DNA of 64,000 bases. It comes from a virus. Its lineage: Duplodnaviria; Caudoviricetes. Below are positions 62,847-64,000 of the stretch, in pieces. Every line of letters begins with the position of its first letter. Within the stretch, counting starts at the first letter, position 1. The stretch lies in IMG/VR virus record IMGVR_UViG_3300042010_000129, positions 247,965 through 311,964 of that record; one strand, given 5' to 3'. Below the pieces are notes generated by a model. The model was not told the DNA's origin and made no database searches. It saw only the letters and a program-made list of their open reading frames with translations. Position numbers and translations under genes: made by a program.

Positions 62847-63842
62847 TTACTTCTTAATAGATTTTACAGTATTTGCCCCCGTTGATTTGGCGGGAACTTT
62901 TGCAGCCGGGGCTTTCCGTGGTTTCTTCGGCTGTTCGAAATAGGTGGTGGTCAATAGCGCTGCGATTTCCGCACTGATTTTATTTCCTTCGCATTTCTCG
63001 GCCAATCCATAGGTCGTGGTTTCTGTGAGAAACGGACGCTTATCGGCTTCCATGTGGCGCATTTGTGCCACGGCGATTTCCATGGTGTGTGTAAGATCAT
63101 TCACACCGATCCGCTGGTGCATTGTCAGGTCGCCGCGTGTGTACGGTTTTTGATAAATGATTTGACGGGCCAACTGCAAGGCCTCTATTGCACACAACGT
63201 CACGGCCCGCGAGCGTTCCGCCATATTGAACAGGTCGAATTTGCTGTAGATTTTCAGCAGATTCAGTTTGGCTTCTACGCGATCCTGTTCGGCGTAAGCT
63301 TTCAGGTTTTTTCCAACTTCCATTTTCATGCGGCTGGTATTGCGGTGCATGACGGTGCCGTATTTCAGCATTTTGAATTCGGTGCCACCACCGGCAATTG
63401 CAATACCCGAATCGCCTTTCGTGTTGTCAAGATAAAGCAGAATTCCATAATCGTGCTTAGGTTTCTTGACCGTGTGCTTTACCCATTCGCGGCTGTACCA
63501 GCGATCCCCGTCCGGCACATATTCGGTTCCGTTGATAAACGATACCTGCGAGTAAAGGCGCTTCAGCAGGGGGCGAATTTCCAGATAATCAGCGTAGCTT
63601 TTAATGGAGAAACGTTCGACGATTTCCTGCGCTGCTGCAAAGCACGGCTCAACGTATTTATCAGGAATATTCTTGGTGGTTTCGGGCGGCAATTGATTCA
63701 TTTTCCCGTTGCCGTTTGTGATCGTGATCAGTTCCAGACACTGCATAACGAGAATGGAATGCAGGCCCATTAATTGAACGGCATCGCAAAGCCCGCGTCT
63801 CGAATCGGACAGGCCGAATTCGGGTAGGTAAACGGTAGGCAT
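62847..63842 (-). CDS. Hypothetical protein (331 aa)
   Basis: Long coding-strand ORF with a basic C-terminal tail. Confidence 0.6.
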   Translation of the reverse strand: MPTVYLPEFGLSDSRRGLCDAVQLMGLHSILVMQCLELITITNGNGKMNQLPPETTKNIPDKYVEPCFAAAQEIVERFSIKSYADYLEIRPLLKRLYSQVSFINGTEYVPDGDRWYSREWVKHTVKKPKHDYGILLYLDNTKGDSGIAIAGGGTEFKMLKYGTVMHRNTSRMKMEVGKNLKAYAEQDRVEAKLNLLKIYSKFDLFNMAERSRAVTLCAIEALQLARQIIYQKPYTRGDLTMHQRIGVNDLTHTMEIAVAQMRHMEADKRPFLTETTTYGLAEKCEGNKISAEIAALLTTTYFEQPKKPRKAPAAKVPAKSTGANTVKSIKK

Positions 63843-64000
63843 TTGGGTTTCCTTTTAACGGTTTAATTCGAATGGCAGGGCGGGCGGGCGGCTGGCGGGA
63901 AGGGGGGCTGCGGAACTGGGGGATGGGCGCCTTCGGCGCAGTTACCGTAGGTAACGAGCATTAAACCGAAGGCCTATTGTATTGTCGCAAGATCAATACA

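Noticed and set aside
1-64000. tRNA/rRNA genes, CRISPR arrays, integrase/transposase, introns/inteins, stop-codon reassignment
   Set aside because: None recognised: intergenic gaps are short, polA/helicase/SNF2 show no intein-like inserts that I could recognise, and genes read through with the standard code. A tRNAscan/Infernal run would be needed to fully exclude small RNA genes.

Overview
This window is a 64-kb piece of a large (jumbo-type) contractile-tailed phage genome. Every credible gene lies on the minus strand, tightly packed, often with ATGA overlaps; the long plus-strand ORFs are antisense shadows. From left to right: (i) a head module: major capsid protein (cut by the window edge and missed by the ORF track), probable decoration protein, acidic scaffold, prohead protease, then a GT2-TPR glycosyltransferase and an NAD-dependent DNA ligase; (ii) Ig-like/fibre genes beside the tail sheath gene; (iii) a bacterial-style replication set: SF2 helicase, beta-clamp-like protein, family A polymerase with a UDG-like N-domain, DnaX-like clamp loader, SbcC/SbcD and a 2024-aa SNF2 ATPase; (iv) further probable virion genes and a histone-H1/AT-hook-like protein; (v) clusters of small accessory ORFs. 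This gene mix recalls the PaBG/RSL1/Y3-like jumbo myophages (inference, not searched). Best leads: a recurring A-x-A-S motif in head proteins (candidate maturation-protease site); an accessory island between sbcD and sbcC holding a stand-alone tail-sheath C-terminal domain and a sheath-peptide/HigA-like antitoxin fusion (candidate decoy or anti-toxin-antitoxin counter-defence); an HMGA/H1-like protein; two promoter-like motif classes; and a structured mini-ORF resembling a ribosomal bypass site. All protein family calls are motif recognition by eye; no database searches were run.
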